Source: a virus. From it: a DNA stretch of 64,000 nucleotides. A program made the position numbers and the translations under genes. This document shows positions 8,070 through 18,278 of this stretch, in pieces (position 1 is the first letter of the stretch; each line of letters opens with the position of its first letter). The notes beneath the pieces are model-generated. The model saw nothing but the letters and a program-made list of their open reading frames with translations, had not been told where the DNA came from and made no database searches. The stretch is taken from IMG/VR virus record IMGVR_UViG_3300035115_000017, positions 2,342 to 66,341 of that record; one strand, 5' to 3'.

Positions 8070-10734
8070 TTATCTAGCTGCGCTGAGCGTCCCATCGTCA
8101 GACATTAGTTTCTGCTCCAACGCTGAAGCTTCAGCTTTCAACTTCTCGACCTGAGCAGCCTTCTTTTCGTACTGGTAGATGCGCTCAATACAAGAGCGGA
8201 TAATTGAGCGCCCATGCTTCTTAACCAGCGCACGTACTTCCGGCATTGCAGCCTTGATAGCTTCGTTGTGTTGGTCCATCTTTGACGGACGTTTGATTGA
8301 TCTAACTTTAGTCATTTGTGATTCTCCTTATTGTAAGTTGGGGTCGTGCGACGGAGGGTGGCGTCTACATCCAATAACTTCGCTCCGGTGCCGCTCGTTC
8401 GCGTTGCCAGTGGGAGCCCTTGCTTCTCTGCGTCAGACTGCCACTCACTCTCGTCCAACCGCTCCAGCACGTCGTTGATTTCTTTGCGGGTGGGGGTGGT
8501 CATCGTCTTCCTCGAATCGCAGTTGCGATGGCCTTCGTATCGCCAACCGTCCTACCTTTGCCCGCTTGCTTATCTGCGATTTGAGCGCATTGTTCACGCT
8601 CGGCGCGGATGGCGTTCTCGATCTCTCTTGCAAGTGCGTCCTGAGCAGATGGAAATTTATCTAATACGTATCGCTCCGCAATCACGTGAGCAATCTGGTT
8701 AGTAGTCATAGTCTCACTCATCCCACCCTCCAAACTCTCTCCTTCGTCTCACTCTCTCCGAACATCACTCGTCCACTAATCACCTCGAATCCCAGCACCC
8801 CCGCCCGAAACTCCTGCAACTGATCGTAGGAGCGTTGTAACTGATCCCCGCACTCGTCGCACAAGTGGAGATAGTCACGCGGGAAGAATTCGGTGCGGCA
8901 TTCACTACAAAGAGGCATCGACGTTACCTTCAATCGTCGGCAATAACTCTCCAGTAAGAAGGAGCCGAGACAACCTTCGTGACTATAATGTCAGCCATAC
9001 CTACGTAGCTGTCTCTTTTAAGATGGACAGTGCCATCGTAGCCGTCTAAATACATTTCACCCTTACGCGCGGGGCGCATTCCTATTTCCAGTTCCAGTGT
9101 GATAGTTGGAGGTGTTTTACCTTGTTGCAGTTGAATACCGTCGGCTTCGTCCTGCTGAAGAATCTCACTAATCGGACGGCGACGATCGAACACGTCGGGA
9201 ACTCCGTCCCCGTTTGAGTCTGTTAGGTCTATATCAACCATCTCCCCTCCTCGTTAGCTGATGTCGTTGGAACTGCCAAGCTTTTTCCTACGATGAAACC
9301 CCGGCATACCTAACACGGCCAACTTCCACTTCAACCACTGCGTCATTCGCTTCTTACGCTGCACCGGAGTCAGCCGTGGCATTGAATCGTTGACCGCTGC
9401 CACTTCGTCAATCAACTCACTAGGTAAGCACGTCTTCCCGTTGTCGTGAAAGTAACTACCGATAGCGCAGTACTCGCCTCTAGGCGTTTCAAGCTGACCG
9501 TGAATCAGCCCGCGCTGTTGCTCGACTGCGTTGAGGATCATCAGGTACGCCGTACCATTGCATATGCATGGCGTTCCCGGTTTTGGGTCTACTAGAGTTG
9601 GACGTAATTTGCTCATCTCTCACTCTCCACTCGGAGCGGGGGTTGCATCGTTGCTGGTTGATGCGGCCATTGTCTTAGCTTGCCCTCCGACAAACTCGTG
9701 ATACCCGGTTGCTCCTCTCAAGTGGTGGACATTCGCGTCGGCTGGTTCGTTGCAGATGAAGCCACCGTCGAACTCCTTCTGACACTGCTGGCTTGGATCG
9801 TAATCAGGATCAGCGGGGTCGTTGGGCAGCGCAGCGCTTCGTTTCTGTCGAAGGTTATCGCCGATCGCTTTCGCCATCCCCGACGCGCGTAACGACTTAC
9901 TACCGGACTTCTTCCCAGCTTTCTTCTTCCCTGCCCCGCTCGGACTCAACGACTCCACTAGTTGCTCGCGATCACTCTCACTCAACCCGCGCAGTGTTTC
10001 GAGGAGAGCGGATTCGTCGTCGGTCAGTGAGCGCAACAGAGAATAGGTGCGGAGAACATTTTTCAGGCTCATTCCTCACAACCTTTCAGCATCTTCTCGG
10101 CCTGTCGAATAATTGCTAGTGCTTTCTCGGGCGTATCGAAGTACACCGCCTCACGAGCTTTCCGTCTTAGCGCCTCGTTGCGCGCACCTGCCTGACACTG
10201 GAGCAGCTTTTCTTGCTTATCCCATTGCTTGACTAGCTTACGCGCCTTCTTAACCTCCACGGGTTCGACGCGCTCCTTGTAACCGTTCATCTGATAGGAT
10301 GACGGAATTCTTTCCAGTAGGTAGCGTTGTTGTACTGTTAGTTGCTTGCTGTTGGGTATTGCTTGCTTTCGTCTCATTCGCCTTCTCCTCTCGTCGTCTC
10401 AACCAGATTATAAATTCAGATAACTTCAACTGCTCCGTCATGCGCTTAGGCGGTTTGAAAGTCTCGTCGATGTACTCGCGCGCCAGTCGTTCGTATTCGG
10501 AGAGTGTTAGCAGGAATCGATTGTTCATTGCTTCTCCTTCACGACAACCCACTCATTCGGCCTGCGATTAACCCGACGCGCCAACCCCTTACGCTCAAGT
10601 GCATGCATGGTCGCTTCGTTACAGAGCTTGGCCCCATTGACATAGACCACCCCAGCGTATTCAGTACGTGCGCGATGACCACCGCGAAGGTACTCCATGA
10701 CTCGCTCTTGTGTTCGACTTAGCTTCTCACTCAT
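8070..10734 (-). other. Cluster of small early hypothetical genes (8070-8315, 8312-8503, 8500-8733, 8718-8933, 8930-9241, 9254-9616, 9620-10072, 10069-10377, 10525-10734)
   Basis: Head-to-tail minus-strand ORFs with ATGA overlaps and SD sequences; CxxC motifs in 8718-8933. Confidence 0.6.
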
Positions 10735-10759
10735 CTCAACTCCATATCCCGGTAAGCGT

Positions 10760-11212
10760 TCAAATCAACGCGGGTTGTCGTTGTCGTTCCACTACGTCAA
10801 AGTAGTCCACGCGCTCAAATCTCATACTAAGCGCCATCGGAATTAACCATTTCAAATTTGGAATCACGTCGAATGGCAAGGCAAATGCGCTAACTACTTC
10901 AGGAGTTTCGTCCGTCATCGCGCTCGCGTTCAGAATTGGGCCAACTGCGGAAAAGAAATGAATACGCCAACCACGTTCGTCGCTCAGGACGCAGAATTCA
11001 TTCCATGAATCAACGACAATTCCGACCTCCTCGATACACTCGCGCCGCATCGCTTGTATCGGAGTTTCGCCATCTTCGACCCGACCGCCGATGCCGTTCA
11101 GTTTCCCCGCTTGCCACGTGGGTCGATTCTTACGAAGCAGCAGCACGGCGTTCTCTGCTGGATTGAACATGAATCCGACAACGTAAGTTGCGCCTACTTC
11201 CGTTTCGCTCAC
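10760..11212 (-). CDS. NUDIX hydrolase (MutT-like)
   Basis: Nudix box GGRVEDGETPIQAMRRECIEEVG. Confidence 0.9.
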   Translation of the reverse strand: MSETEVGATYVVGFMFNPAENAVLLLRKNRPTWQAGKLNGIGGRVEDGETPIQAMRRECIEEVGIVVDSWNEFCVLSDERGWRIHFFSAVGPILNASAMTDETPEVVSAFALPFDVIPNLKWLIPMALSMRFERVDYFDVVERQRQPALI

Positions 11213-11391
11213 TTCATCCTCCGCTCGCTCAAATCCGGCCCTTTACCACATTGGCAGCGACCACTCCCGTTGACATAGACATGACTCGGGTTCAGTCCCT
11301 CACCCCGCTCCTCGCACTTGAGTGACGCTATTCGATCAGCAGTCCACTGCTTAGCGTCTTCAGGATCACTTATTTGCTGCACGTCGGACAT
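11209..11391 (-). CDS. Small Zn-ribbon-like hypothetical protein
   Basis: C...H...CQCG; overlaps the NUDIX start. Confidence 0.5.
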   Translation of the reverse strand: MSDVQQISDPEDAKQWTADRIASLKCEERGEGLNPSHVYVNGSGRCQCGKGPDLSERRMK

Positions 11392-11512
11392 TCAATTGCA
11401 CTCCCATCAATCAGTGGATAGAAACCCTGCTCACATTCATGTGGAATCAGTCCAACGATGATCGGCATGATGAATTCGACGGACCACTCGAAAGGTTCAG
11501 GATAAGGATCGT

Positions 11513-14188
11513 TCATTTCACTTCCTCCATTTCAGCTAAGCTGACTCCTACTTTCGCATCGACGTTGCATTGAAATTTGCCCAGTTCGTTCTCGCAAATC
11601 TCAGACGGAAGTGACATCTCTCGCTGCACGATCGAGATGCATTCCTCGACTAGATCGATTGGACAATGGAATAGCAGCGAATCGTGAATCCAATTGACGA
11701 GTTGAAATTTGTCGAGCAATCCCTGATCATTCAGTCGCAATGCAACGTCATCAATATGAGCATGAGCGATGTTCGCGGGTAGGAATGCGACTGCTTCTTC
11801 CAGATTCAGATCGTAGAACCATCTATTATGTTGGGCGGGCGATTTCAAATAGCACTTTGAAGTCGAGCGAATTCGATTCTCAATGTCGATTGGGAACTGA
11901 CTGAACGCACGCGGGAACAGGCGTTGAATCAACGCTACTAACTTCTTCGCCTCTACAAGTCCGAACTTGTTGACATACTTCTGTCGTCGCTCATCATTCC
12001 ATGAATTCCATGACTTGCCTGCCAGCAACTTCACCTCGTCGAGAGTTGGATTGAATGAGTCAGCGTTCATCATGTACAACTTGTTGACTCCCATGTGAAA
12101 TCCTAGCCCGAGAATTGCGCGTTTGGCTTTCTGATCTCGAATGTCCTTGTACTGAGATTTGACTTTGCTCAGGGCAGATCTAAGCTGCTCATCAGGTAAT
12201 GACAACAAATGTTCTGCTTCAGGCAGACGCACGAAATGAGCAGTGACAAATGAATGAACGTCGAAGTCGGCGAGTTTGTAGTAATCCTCGTCGAGCGAGA
12301 TCCATCCAAGTGATCGAGCATGGAACGATCTGAAGTCGAGTGAGATAAATGTATGACCGGATTCTGCGCGAATCATGCGTTTGAATTTGCACGCGAGATC
12401 TCCATGCACGGGGAATTGCTGAATGTTGGGACGCTGGCAACTCAATTGACCAGTCGCAGTCCCAAATAGGAAAGTAGGATGAACTCTCCCATCGTCTGCC
12501 GGACGCCAGTTGCCTGTTGTGAACGCTGACACGAGCTTGTTCATCTTGCGCACTTCTCGCACCAGTCCAATCACTCGATCGCCTGTCTGGTGGAATAACT
12601 TCTCAAGCGCATCTTTCCCCGTTGTCTCTTTGTCCTCGCCCCATTTCTTTGGGACTTTGTAGTTCATATGCTTGATGTAGCGGAGGAGTTGCTGAGAACT
12701 GTTCGGATTGAATGGTAGAGCTTTGCACCAGCGTTCGACTGCGTCTCCATTAGATCCGAATGTTCGATAGTCGAAGCCTAGCTCGCACTTCACCTTTGCA
12801 ACAATTTCCTCGATCGGCTGGCCTGCACAAGCTAAAACTATTTCTTTGATCGGCTTAGGTATGACTTTGTATCCCTGCTTCGGATGTAGATCTAGCAACT
12901 GAGAAGGGATATGCTCTTGCAACTCACCACTCAGCTTCTCTGACTCAGTCATTACTTCGAGTCTAAATTCAGCCTGACCTTGAGCGTCTACTGGCAGTCC
13001 TCTCTTGCCCAGATCATCGAGCACGTCTTTCAATCTGAATTTATGCTCGTAATATCCCCGCCATAACCCTCGCTTCTGCAAATCGTTCATCAGTCCAGAT
13101 CCACACCTGAATGTCGAATCCGCGTCCTTTGCCCCATAGAGGGGCAGATCGATCGATGACTCGTGTTTCCACGGTCTAAAGAATGGAGCATAGAACGACG
13201 TACAACTCTGCAACGACATCAATCGAGATTCAGCATCGAAGTCAGGCTGGAGATGTCTCCATGCTAACATTAGATCGTGATGCTCTCCATTTACTGTGAA
13301 TCCCGCAGCACGCAGAATTGGCACGTCGAACAATCTACCATTCCACGTCCATTTAGGATTTGCTGACGCAAGAACTTCACCAATCACGTCGAAGTAGGTG
13401 GAGATGTAGGGTAAGACGATCGCTGTTCCAGATTTCGCTGAGAATTGAATCTGAGTGATCTTCGCGTTTGACGCAAAATCAACATCGTCTTTCTCGAACA
13501 TGTCAGTTTCGATGTCGAGTGAGATTGGATCTGACGACGATAGTGAGTTGAACCACGCACGAACTTCGTTTGGAGTTGGACTGAGTTGATATTCGACTCG
13601 CTCAACAGGAATGCCCGACGCAGCTACTCTCGTTGCTAATTTCACGTCACGAATCACGACTCCAAGTAAGTGCGATGCTCCACGCACGATGAACGACGGA
13701 TGATAAGTTGCTACGAGCGGGATGTCATAGCGAGAATTCAGCACGAATCCCCTCAAGTGCGAGATCGTCCTCTTCTCCCCACTCAACCCAGTTAATTCTC
13801 TGAGCGCAATCCCCCCCAAAGCTAAAATGCACTTCGGCTTGCGCTCTTTGATTACCGCGTCTAGGTAGGTACGGCAATGATCAATCGCTTCTCTCTCGAA
13901 AGGAGCACCATCTAACCAGTTCTTCGGAGGACGACATCTGACGATATTCGTCAAAGTGAACTCCGATCGATCCAGTCCTTGCCATCTCAGTGACTTCTGG
14001 AAGACCGAGCCTGCCGGGGCCATAGGACGCAAGGGTAGGCCGTCGATTTCCTCGTATTCTCCCAATGCCTCGGCTACAACCAGAACGCCATTAGTCCCGG
14101 AGCCTTCGAGATTTGAGAATCCCAACCCTGCGCGATGCTCGGGATAGAGAACGCAGGACTTGCAATGAGATGGAAGAGGAATGGGCAT
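11513..14188 (-). CDS. polA: Family A DNA polymerase with N-terminal family-4 uracil-DNA glycosylase-like domain and 3'-5' exonuclease
   Basis: CKSC...VVAEALG...TNIVRCRPP...ATYHPSF (UDG4); LDIETD (ExoI); TATGQLS...PNIQQ; motif A LDFRSFHAR; motif B KAKRAILGLGF; motif C IHDSLLF. Confidence 0.92.
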   Translation of the reverse strand: MPIPLPSHCKSCVLYPEHRAGLGFSNLEGSGTNGVLVVAEALGEYEEIDGLPLRPMAPAGSVFQKSLRWQGLDRSEFTLTNIVRCRPPKNWLDGAPFEREAIDHCRTYLDAVIKERKPKCILALGGIALRELTGLSGEKRTISHLRGFVLNSRYDIPLVATYHPSFIVRGASHLLGVVIRDVKLATRVAASGIPVERVEYQLSPTPNEVRAWFNSLSSSDPISLDIETDMFEKDDVDFASNAKITQIQFSAKSGTAIVLPYISTYFDVIGEVLASANPKWTWNGRLFDVPILRAAGFTVNGEHHDLMLAWRHLQPDFDAESRLMSLQSCTSFYAPFFRPWKHESSIDLPLYGAKDADSTFRCGSGLMNDLQKRGLWRGYYEHKFRLKDVLDDLGKRGLPVDAQGQAEFRLEVMTESEKLSGELQEHIPSQLLDLHPKQGYKVIPKPIKEIVLACAGQPIEEIVAKVKCELGFDYRTFGSNGDAVERWCKALPFNPNSSQQLLRYIKHMNYKVPKKWGEDKETTGKDALEKLFHQTGDRVIGLVREVRKMNKLVSAFTTGNWRPADDGRVHPTFLFGTATGQLSCQRPNIQQFPVHGDLACKFKRMIRAESGHTFISLDFRSFHARSLGWISLDEDYYKLADFDVHSFVTAHFVRLPEAEHLLSLPDEQLRSALSKVKSQYKDIRDQKAKRAILGLGFHMGVNKLYMMNADSFNPTLDEVKLLAGKSWNSWNDERRQKYVNKFGLVEAKKLVALIQRLFPRAFSQFPIDIENRIRSTSKCYLKSPAQHNRWFYDLNLEEAVAFLPANIAHAHIDDVALRLNDQGLLDKFQLVNWIHDSLLFHCPIDLVEECISIVQREMSLPSEICENELGKFQCNVDAKVGVSLAEMEEVK

Positions 14189-14191
14189 AAC

Positions 14192-14335
14192 TCAATTCAG
14201 GCTGACTTCAAATTTGTCTTCGCAATTCGAGCAAGCTGGCAATTCCACATAGGACTGACAACACTTCTCAGCTTCCTGCGGCGTCTCGTGCAGATCACCG
14301 CAGAGCAGACATTGATAATGCTTACAACTACGCAC
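14192..14335 (-). CDS. Small Cys-rich Zn-finger protein
   Basis: GTG start overlapping the upstream stop; CLLC, CC and CSNC motifs. Confidence 0.45.
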   Translation of the reverse strand: MRSCKHYQCLLCGDLHETPQEAEKCCQSYVELPACSNCEDKFEVSLN

Positions 14336-14972
14336 TCGCTTTGACTTCCATATACCCGGTGATTTCAGACCTGACGTAGACTTGATCACCAGTCTCCGGT
14401 CCTTCGGAATTCGCCACTTTATCGAAGTCAGGCGTGCCATCATCTTTCTGCGGGAAGTCTTTCTCGGCCTTGATGAACGCCTTAGCGACGCCCTTCTCCT
14501 GAGCGCGGACTTGCACTCGGATGCGAGCACGGGCAGGTAGTGACTGGGACAACTTGCGCGCGAGATCAGCAGAGGTTCGCAATCCTTTCACTTCTCCGCC
14601 GATTGCCTTGATCACTTTTGCTACTGCACAAGTCCCATCGAAGACCATCGTTGAGACGAAGCCATCATTGACCAGACGATTCGCGAAGGGGCCATCCAAG
14701 ATCCGCGCAGTCAGGCGAGTTGACAAGTAAGGATGATTCGACTTGTCAGTACGCTGAGTCCATTGCTTAGCCGGATCTTGCTCGGAGAAATTCAGCTCAG
14801 CGTCATACGTTCCAGCCCTCACCACGGCAAAGGCTAGTGGATCTTTCTCGTCGTCGAATCCTTCTAATTCGCCTTCGATGAAATTCGGATCGTTGATGTC
14901 TACGAAGTTTGGTTCAGCACGTTCCGTGCTGTCGCTGCCATTGGCAGCCATTGCTGTTTCAGGGGTGCTCAT
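14328..14972 (-). CDS. Single-stranded DNA-binding protein-like (DUF669-type OB fold)
   Basis: Acidic N-terminus, AGTYDA...ILDGPFANR pattern; lies between the AAA ATPase and the polymerase. Confidence 0.55.
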   Translation of the reverse strand: MSTPETAMAANGSDSTERAEPNFVDINDPNFIEGELEGFDDEKDPLAFAVVRAGTYDAELNFSEQDPAKQWTQRTDKSNHPYLSTRLTARILDGPFANRLVNDGFVSTMVFDGTCAVAKVIKAIGGEVKGLRTSADLARKLSQSLPARARIRVQVRAQEKGVAKAFIKAEKDFPQKDDGTPDFDKVANSEGPETGDQVYVRSEITGYMEVKASA

Positions 14973-14973
14973 T

Positions 14974-15411
14974 CTAATTTGCTCCTTCTAAAGTTTTGAG
15001 AAAATCGGTTATACCGGAAATGGTTAGGTAGAGATTGCCGGACAGTTTATACATCAATTCAGGCTCGCCAGTTTCCAGCAGAATTGCTGTAGGCTTTCCC
15101 TGTCCGATGGCGTAGCCTGCTTCGAGGTGTGCAGAGCGCCCACACGGCAACACGAGAACGCAAGCGTCGCAGTTATCGAGCGCATTCTTGTTGAATTGGA
15201 ATCCCTCTTTGGCGATCGGATGATGCAAGGCTTGCCGGAACTGCTCAGGATTCCATTGCTTCCAGTCTGGATCGATGGTGGACCAGTGAAAGCCTTCATT
15301 CCCAGTTACAGGTTGACGAAAGTCATAGACATCATAGCCCGCTCGACGCAGAGCTTCTACTACTCTCGGCTGCTTCTCGTTGCGCCATGAACTTGCGACG
15401 TAGACTCTCAT
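14974..15411 (-). CDS. Nucleoside 2-deoxyribosyltransferase-like protein
   Basis: RVYVASSW...ALDNCDACVLVLPCGRSAHLEAGYAIGQGK; ATG 15411 overlaps the upstream TGA. Confidence 0.7.
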   Translation of the reverse strand: MRVYVASSWRNEKQPRVVEALRRAGYDVYDFRQPVTGNEGFHWSTIDPDWKQWNPEQFRQALHHPIAKEGFQFNKNALDNCDACVLVLPCGRSAHLEAGYAIGQGKPTAILLETGEPELMYKLSGNLYLTISGITDFLKTLEGAN

Positions 15412-16328
15412 TTCGTCGCCCCCTTGCTCAGCGAATCTTTCCACGCCAGAATTGAGTTTGCAGATTTCTCTCTAACAGAGTCCATGAACTTGAGATAATC
15501 GTAGAGTGACTCTTTGCTCAGATCGAGATAGCCATCAGGCCACTTCGCTTGGAAATCTGCAACCAAGTCGAAAGGCAATCGAGCCTTGGCTGGCCAGATA
15601 ATGGACTGTAGATCCGCATCTGCGTGGGGCTTCATGTAAGCACGTACAGTCGTTAGATTCTTCTTGGCATCGAGGACAGTTGTCTCGAAATGCAGTAAGT
15701 CAGAGACGTAGAATGGAATCTTGTCCGTGATTGCCTGTCCCACTGCGGATGGGCCATACACTGTCTGACGCGTTTGAGTGTCTGTGCCCTTACCTTCGTG
15801 CGCGGTGAACATGACTCTCTTGGAGAGAGTTGGTAGGGTGCTGAAAGCACCTATGAAGTCGAGAATGAATTGCTGAACGAATCCATAGTGTGATCGACCA
15901 GCGGCCCCGAACACTTCGTTCCCCTCTCGAAATTGCCCGACGATTTCTTCGGAGATTTTCTGCCCTTTGAAGATGAGATGACGTAAGACGAGCATTGCAA
16001 TCGAAGTCAGTCCTTCAGTCGCATAGGCTCCAACATTATCAAGATCAGGCGATTTGCCAAGAGTCCTATCAGCTTGCGGCCAGTGGCCTTTCATCAGGAG
16101 ACGAATTTGCTCCAGCAACGTCGGATTATCACTCAGACGATAGGGCAGGATCACTCCCGCGTCGATATAGGGCTGAATTGGCTCCCAACCGCCATTGTCA
16201 GCAGTGATGTAGCGAATTGGAGCATGGGTCTGCTCGTAGACGAATCTCGCAAAGCTCCCGACATTCGACGTTTTCCATGTCCCAGTGCTACCATAGGCTA
16301 GAATTGATGCTGCGTAGTTATCTGACAT
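15408..16328 (-). CDS. AAA/Sak4-like P-loop ATPase (recombination)
   Basis: Walker A YGSTGTWKT; FTAHE motif; between nuclease and SSB genes. Confidence 0.7.
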   Translation of the reverse strand: MSDNYAASILAYGSTGTWKTSNVGSFARFVYEQTHAPIRYITADNGGWEPIQPYIDAGVILPYRLSDNPTLLEQIRLLMKGHWPQADRTLGKSPDLDNVGAYATEGLTSIAMLVLRHLIFKGQKISEEIVGQFREGNEVFGAAGRSHYGFVQQFILDFIGAFSTLPTLSKRVMFTAHEGKGTDTQTRQTVYGPSAVGQAITDKIPFYVSDLLHFETTVLDAKKNLTTVRAYMKPHADADLQSIIWPAKARLPFDLVADFQAKWPDGYLDLSKESLYDYLKFMDSVREKSANSILAWKDSLSKGATK

Positions 16329-16343
16329 TCAAGTCTCCGTGGT

Positions 16344-16649
16344 TTAATTAGGCCAAGATTTTATTTGCGCGCCATTAGAGTCTGGCTCACTGAAACCGGG
16401 ATTTCGAGCAATATAAACAGACATCCCTCGACGCTTTACTCGATACCTTTGCAACTTCGCACATTCCCGCAATCGATGAGCCTGTCGTCGGGTGCCGCAC
16501 GTAACCGGAAGCCAGTCATCTAACTCCAACTTATCAACTTGAGCATAGATTTCTGCGTAGCGGCCACCCGCTCCTGCCGATGCAGGAGGAACGTCTTTGA
16601 CAGGCTCTCCTATCGCGATCGTATTCTTGGATTCGTCCCGTCGTCTCAT
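16344..16649 (-). CDS. Hypothetical basic protein
   Basis: ATGA overlap with the upstream Zn-ribbon gene. Confidence 0.55.
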   Translation of the reverse strand: MRRRDESKNTIAIGEPVKDVPPASAGAGGRYAEIYAQVDKLELDDWLPVTCGTRRQAHRLRECAKLQRYRVKRRGMSVYIARNPGFSEPDSNGAQIKSWPN

Positions 16650-16777
16650 TTCTTCTTCTTATTCCAATGTGGAGATTGACAAAGCTGGTTCGGACATTTG
16701 ACAGGCTCGCCAGTCTGCTTGCGCTTGAGCCATGAATGACCGCACTGCTTGCATCGTCGGAGTGTGCCTTTGTTCAT
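16646..16777 (-). CDS. 43-aa Zn-ribbon protein
   Basis: MNKGTLRRCKQCGHSWLKRKQTGEPVKCPNQLCQSPHWNKKKK; below the track cutoff. Confidence 0.65.
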   Translation of the reverse strand: MNKGTLRRCKQCGHSWLKRKQTGEPVKCPNQLCQSPHWNKKKK

Positions 16778-16785
16778 GGGAGGGC

Positions 16786-16814
16786 ATACTACAACAACAA
16801 CAACAGCGTGTCAA
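16786..16814 (-). promoter_or_regulatory. Sigma70-type promoter
   Basis: TTGACA-17 bp-TAGTAT; ATG 8 nt downstream. Confidence 0.7.
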
Positions 16815-17938
16815 GAGTCTTGTTGATTTATTTCTAGGTGATGATCAACTCGCGGCACATACAGTCCGCAGTCAGGATCTAATCGATCGTGGCAGATTGG
16901 GGCATACGAACAGGTTCGCTGATAGTTGAAGCACGAATGACGATACATTGGAAAATGTTCATCGAGCATAGCCGGAGTGAGCACTTTCAGTTGACGTTCA
17001 ATTCTCGACTCCTGATGCTGAGCTTGCACGAGCCATTCCGATAATTCAGCCGCGTTCCTCTCATGTGGGACAGGAGTGACGAACAACTCACTCAGTCCAT
17101 TCGAGTCCTGCACCTTGCGATCTGCAAGTAACTCGATCCATTCTTTGATTGACATGTGTTCCCAGATGTTCACTCGACTAAACGAATTCCCGAGCGATGA
17201 TCTACGTCCGTTCTTCTCGAAGTAGTATTGCCATGCCCATTCGTCATCTGACGAGGTTATGCCAGATTTGAGCCACGGATGAACGAGGAAAGTAGCCTGA
17301 ATGTAGGAGTCGTCTTTCTGCTTCTGTCTCGAACCCTTGATGAAGATCTCATCCTGAATTCCAGCGACTTTCTCTCCTAATCTCTGCTCGATAGCTGCCA
17401 TCTCACTCAATCCCTGCACATTGTAACGAGACGACTTCAATTCTCGATCCGTCCAAGCGTAGGACGACTTCAGATTGAAGATGTACAATCCGCCTGTGTT
17501 GAGCTTGCGCAAGAGGGCGTCTGGACGATAGGCGAGATCAATGTTGTCAGTCCACTCACTCCACAATCCCTCTCGCTCAACCTCGATCACTTCGTAAGTC
17601 CCGAGAAAGTCGGGCAGGCGTTCTATCGCCCATGCGCGAATGAATCCCTCGATCAGTGCTTGACCTTCCTTGTAGACGAATGACTGAGATTCGAGATCGT
17701 CGATGTCAAAGTCGCGTTCCTCGCATTGATCGGCGTAGGCAAGGAGCGCATGTCCGACAGCGTCATCCGGTTCGTGGCCCTGCAAGAGCGACGCAACTCC
17801 TACATGCAATCCCTGACCCCAGACGAGCGGCACGGCTTGACGACGAGGTTCGATTCCGGTTGAGTTGTAGTGGAATTGTAAGTAACGTTTGCGCGGGCAG
17901 CTTTGATATGTAGTGATCGCTGTGCGAGATGTTTTCAT
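16811..17938 (-). CDS. PD-(D/E)XK exonuclease, Cas4/AddB-like with Fe-S staple cysteines
   Basis: N-terminal SCPRK, RPDALL...FNLKS core, C-terminal C-x6-C-x5-C. Confidence 0.8.
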   Translation of the reverse strand: MKTSRTAITTYQSCPRKRYLQFHYNSTGIEPRRQAVPLVWGQGLHVGVASLLQGHEPDDAVGHALLAYADQCEERDFDIDDLESQSFVYKEGQALIEGFIRAWAIERLPDFLGTYEVIEVEREGLWSEWTDNIDLAYRPDALLRKLNTGGLYIFNLKSSYAWTDRELKSSRYNVQGLSEMAAIEQRLGEKVAGIQDEIFIKGSRQKQKDDSYIQATFLVHPWLKSGITSSDDEWAWQYYFEKNGRRSSLGNSFSRVNIWEHMSIKEWIELLADRKVQDSNGLSELFVTPVPHERNAAELSEWLVQAQHQESRIERQLKVLTPAMLDEHFPMYRHSCFNYQRTCSYAPICHDRLDPDCGLYVPRVDHHLEINQQDS

Positions 17939-17991
17939 CGTGATTTGGGACTATACATCCTTCCTTGAACAGAATCAAGGTTTTATTTCCA

Positions 17992-18021
17992 TTGACATCA
18001 AATGTATTCAAGATTTATATT
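17992..18021 (+). promoter_or_regulatory. Sigma70-type promoter for the HTH-helicase cassette
   Basis: TTGACA-18 bp-TATATT; ATG 8 nt downstream. Confidence 0.55.
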
Positions 18022-18029
18022 GAGCACCT

Positions 18030-18263
18030 ATGAGCAAGTCCAATGGAAAGTATTTAACAGTTCAGGAATTTGCCAAGCGCGTTGGTATTTCAGAGGCCGC
18101 AGTTTACCTCGCCATTAAGGAAAAGCGCATCGGCTGCATCAGTGCGTTTGGAGAGCGCAAAGCTATTCCGGCGGAAGAATTGGACTATCTCACCCGGCGG
18201 TCGAAGACGGAAGCAAAGCAGACCAAAGTGCTCCGTCGTGATCGATTCGATCTAGTTGCTTAA
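18030..18263 (+). CDS. Excisionase-like helix-turn-helix DNA-binding protein
   Basis: YLTVQEFAKRVGISEAAVYLAIKEKRI. Confidence 0.8.
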   Translation: MSKSNGKYLTVQEFAKRVGISEAAVYLAIKEKRIGCISAFGERKAIPAEELDYLTRRSKTEAKQTKVLRRDRFDLVA

Positions 18264-18278
18264 GTACTGCTCTATCAA

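Noticed and set aside
8930-9241. DSNGDGVPD calcium-binding-like motif
   Set aside because: A single short motif in a small ORF; too weak for a functional call
16811-17938. Cas4-like nuclease as evidence of a CRISPR-Cas system
   Set aside because: No cas1, cas2 or array; the context is a standard phage nuclease-ATPase-SSB recombination module
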